Shown one piece after another: positions 61,906 to 64,000 of a DNA stretch of 64,000 nucleotides (positions are counted from its first letter, which is position 1; each line of letters begins with the position of its first letter). The notes beneath the pieces were generated by a model, which made no database searches, was not told the DNA's origin, and worked only from the letters and a program-made list of their open reading frames with translations. Made by a program: the position numbers and the translations under genes. Source of the stretch: Amoebophrya sp. A120 (lineage: Eukaryota; Protista; Dinoflagellata); contig CAJINV010000004.1 in assembly GCA_905178155.1 (NCBI GenBank), positions 11,019,655-11,083,654 on the forward strand. The letters are read 5' to 3'.

Positions 61906-64000
61906 TCACAGAAGCTGCGCCCCCGCCGCTTCCGCAAGATTTTTCATGCGGTTTTCCGCGTGCCAGTGGTACTTGTGCGACAAAGCGTGCAACACGATCG
62001 ACACGCCGATCAGAAGCGACATGACAAAGACGGCCCCCAGCATCCGGCCCGAGGAAGTCCGTGGCGACATCTCGTCGTTGAGTTCGCCCTGGATCGTAGC
62101 GCTATGCGAAACGTAGGTCGGAGCGATGGCGATGATGTTGAAGATCTGGAGTCGTGTGGAAAAGAATTTGCAATTCATTGTACCGTTTGGCGCATGTTGT
62201 ATCTATCAACAGGAAGTGTACTATCACGCATGATGTGTGTGGAAAAGTTTGTAAGAACGAGACGACCATACGACTGCGCGTAGAAATGACCAAGAAGATC
62301 TATTCTCAATCAATCTAGGGCTTTCTACCAGCATCCAATTGGACAAGACAAATTGTCCTTCGTGCAGCCATATCCTGTGCAAAAGTATCGCACTCGTATT
62401 GCAATCATGAATCACAAATCTTTCTCTTAAGGGAAATCAGCATTGCAAATTTTATCCCTCATGCTGCGGGAATTTGTAATGCATTTATACGAGTGCGATA
62501 CTTTTTCTTTTGCAACTCATAAGCCACACCTTCATTGGAGTTCGGTACAATTGCAGCGGGAAGCAGCACTTGCACCCGGTGGCGAAAAAGAGCAGGAAGA
62601 GAAAGAGCACGATCCCGAAAATGGTCAGGCAAAACAATCCGAGAAACCGCACGAACTGCACCGCCGGGGCTGCGCTATAGACGGTCAGCTTTCTCCCGAT
62701 GAAAGGGACCTTACTTGATGTTGTTTCTTGAGGATTCATTTGGTACGGCTGGTGCGTTGTCGTAGCACTACTACTTGGAGATGATGGCACTAGTATCGGC
62801 GGTTTCACGTCCCCCGCAACCCCAGCGACCGTTTGCCACTTGGTCGCGCAGGCACTGGGATAGGCCTCGGCGGCGACACAGGTGGCAACTAAATCTCTTG
62901 CGAAGTACAGGCCCCATGTCTGGTCGTCCATCCTCCGGACCGACATGTGCAGCAAGTCCGGCTCGTAGGCGCTCCAGTTCCGTTCGACGGACGACGCGGT
63001 TTGTCCACCCGCGGTGCCGGACCCCGACCCCGCGGGCAGGTTTTCCCCAGCCGCCTGGCCGCCGAGACAGCCGTGGTTTTCGGAAACGAAGACCTTTCCC
63101 GCTTCCTCTCCCGTCCCCTGTTTCATCAGACACCGCTGCTCAATGGAGCTGATCTTGTCGAAGCGCTGCGTCCAGTAGGCCAGTTGCTCGGACCTCTTTT
63201 CCTGCTGCGAAAGCTGCAGGAGAGCTGCAGCGAGGAAGTCGTAACCATTGATCAGGGCGGCTTTGAAAGGGCTAGTACTGGTCCCCTCCTGCTGGTCGTG
63301 GAATTGTTCAGTAGCTTGATCTTCTGGCTGCTCTTGCTGCGAAGAACCCACAACAGCCCCGCCCTCTCGTCGATCACTGCTGCTGCTGCTCGGTGCTACT
63401 GCTACAACTGGTGCGTTTGTTGCTTCTGGCGACTGCGCGCCACCAGATGACCCTCCTCGCTCGCGTCGCGCGTACTTCGGGGAATGCAGCAGGTACTCTT
63501 TCACGGAGTACAGTACTCTCTTTGCCGGGCGAACCACAATTTCGTCGAGTTTGACAAGCATGTGGCGCAGCGGGGAAAAAGCTGTTTTTTCGTGCGTGAA
63601 CGCGGAATCACCGTCTTCCTCCGTTGCGTCCGCCAGTGCTTCGTTGCCAACGAGGACCTGCTGCGCTATTTGCCGGTCTTTTCGTCGTGGGGCCCAGCCT
63701 CCCTCTCGTCGGAGGAGGCCCCAACCGCGCACCGGGGGACGGGTGTCAACAACTACTGGCTCCTCGTGAAGACCTTCTTCGTTCTTCTCGTAATTGCTGG
63801 CAACTGATGTTACTGCAGCAGTACTTGCTACACCCGGTACTGTAGGTATTACCGCTGCACCTGCAGCATTAGGGAAACCACTTGCTCCAGCTCCTCCGTC
63901 CAACTTGCGAGCAGAGGTTGTTGTACCAGCGGCCTCTTCCTGCAAGAAAGACGGCGGAAGCAAAGAAGGGGTCGGAACAGTACCTAAGCCATCGGACGTG
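61906..64000 (-). CDS. Hypothetical multi-pass membrane protein, 5'-truncated by the window edge; 3' end may extend further
   Basis: 492-aa ORF with a TM-like segment FLGLFCLTIFGIVLFLFLLFF; join MKVWL|HEGQF across the introner; further TM exon IFNIIAIAP...VFVMSLLIGVSIVL. GTGAGT at the apparent stop may be a splice donor. Confidence 0.7.
62371..62521. mobile_element. Introner, family F (151 bp), TSD AGCCA
   Basis: TATCCTGTGCAAAAGTATCGCACTCGTAT / ATACGAGTGCGATAC...TTTTGCAACTCATA. Confidence 0.92.

Overview
Eukaryotic genomic DNA, not prokaryotic. About 14 protein-coding genes plus one duplicated exon all lie on the minus strand. They include BUD31, a CNNM/DUF21-CBS metal transporter, a TRAF-Zn-finger/ankyrin protein, a Methyltransf_24-type SAM methyltransferase and several long low-complexity proteins. 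The dominant signal is 22 short insertions (109-325 bp; one is expanded to 2.5 kb by a nested element) that interrupt coding exons. Each starts and ends with TA (one end mutated), has terminal inverted repeats (TIRs) and a 5-bp target-site duplication (TSD), and the reading frame is restored when the element plus one TSD copy is removed. Only 4 of the 22 can be given GT/GC-AG ends. This fits the non-canonical introner elements reported from the parasitic dinoflagellate Amoebophrya (Syndiniales); the organism assignment is an inference. Read directly from the sequence: (i) most of the ~8 unrelated families share one TIR grammar (TA-N8-A-rich tract-hexamer doublet at positions 17-28); (ii) four families occur in both orientations relative to transcription; (iii) all share an internal GCAT(G/T/C)ACAA motif; (iv) a 1.16-kb long-TIR element with the same termini is nested inside one introner; (v) a paralogous exon supplies an empty site. 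The window also holds a ~1.9-kb CRISPR-looking array of ~37 CACGACAAAATTTGTCGTG palindromes, a 1.85-kb element with an 8-bp TSD and internal inverted 12-mer arrays, and a 1-kb retroposon-like insertion with a 16-bp TSD and (ATACA)n tail. Exon models and coordinates were derived by hand without RNA data.
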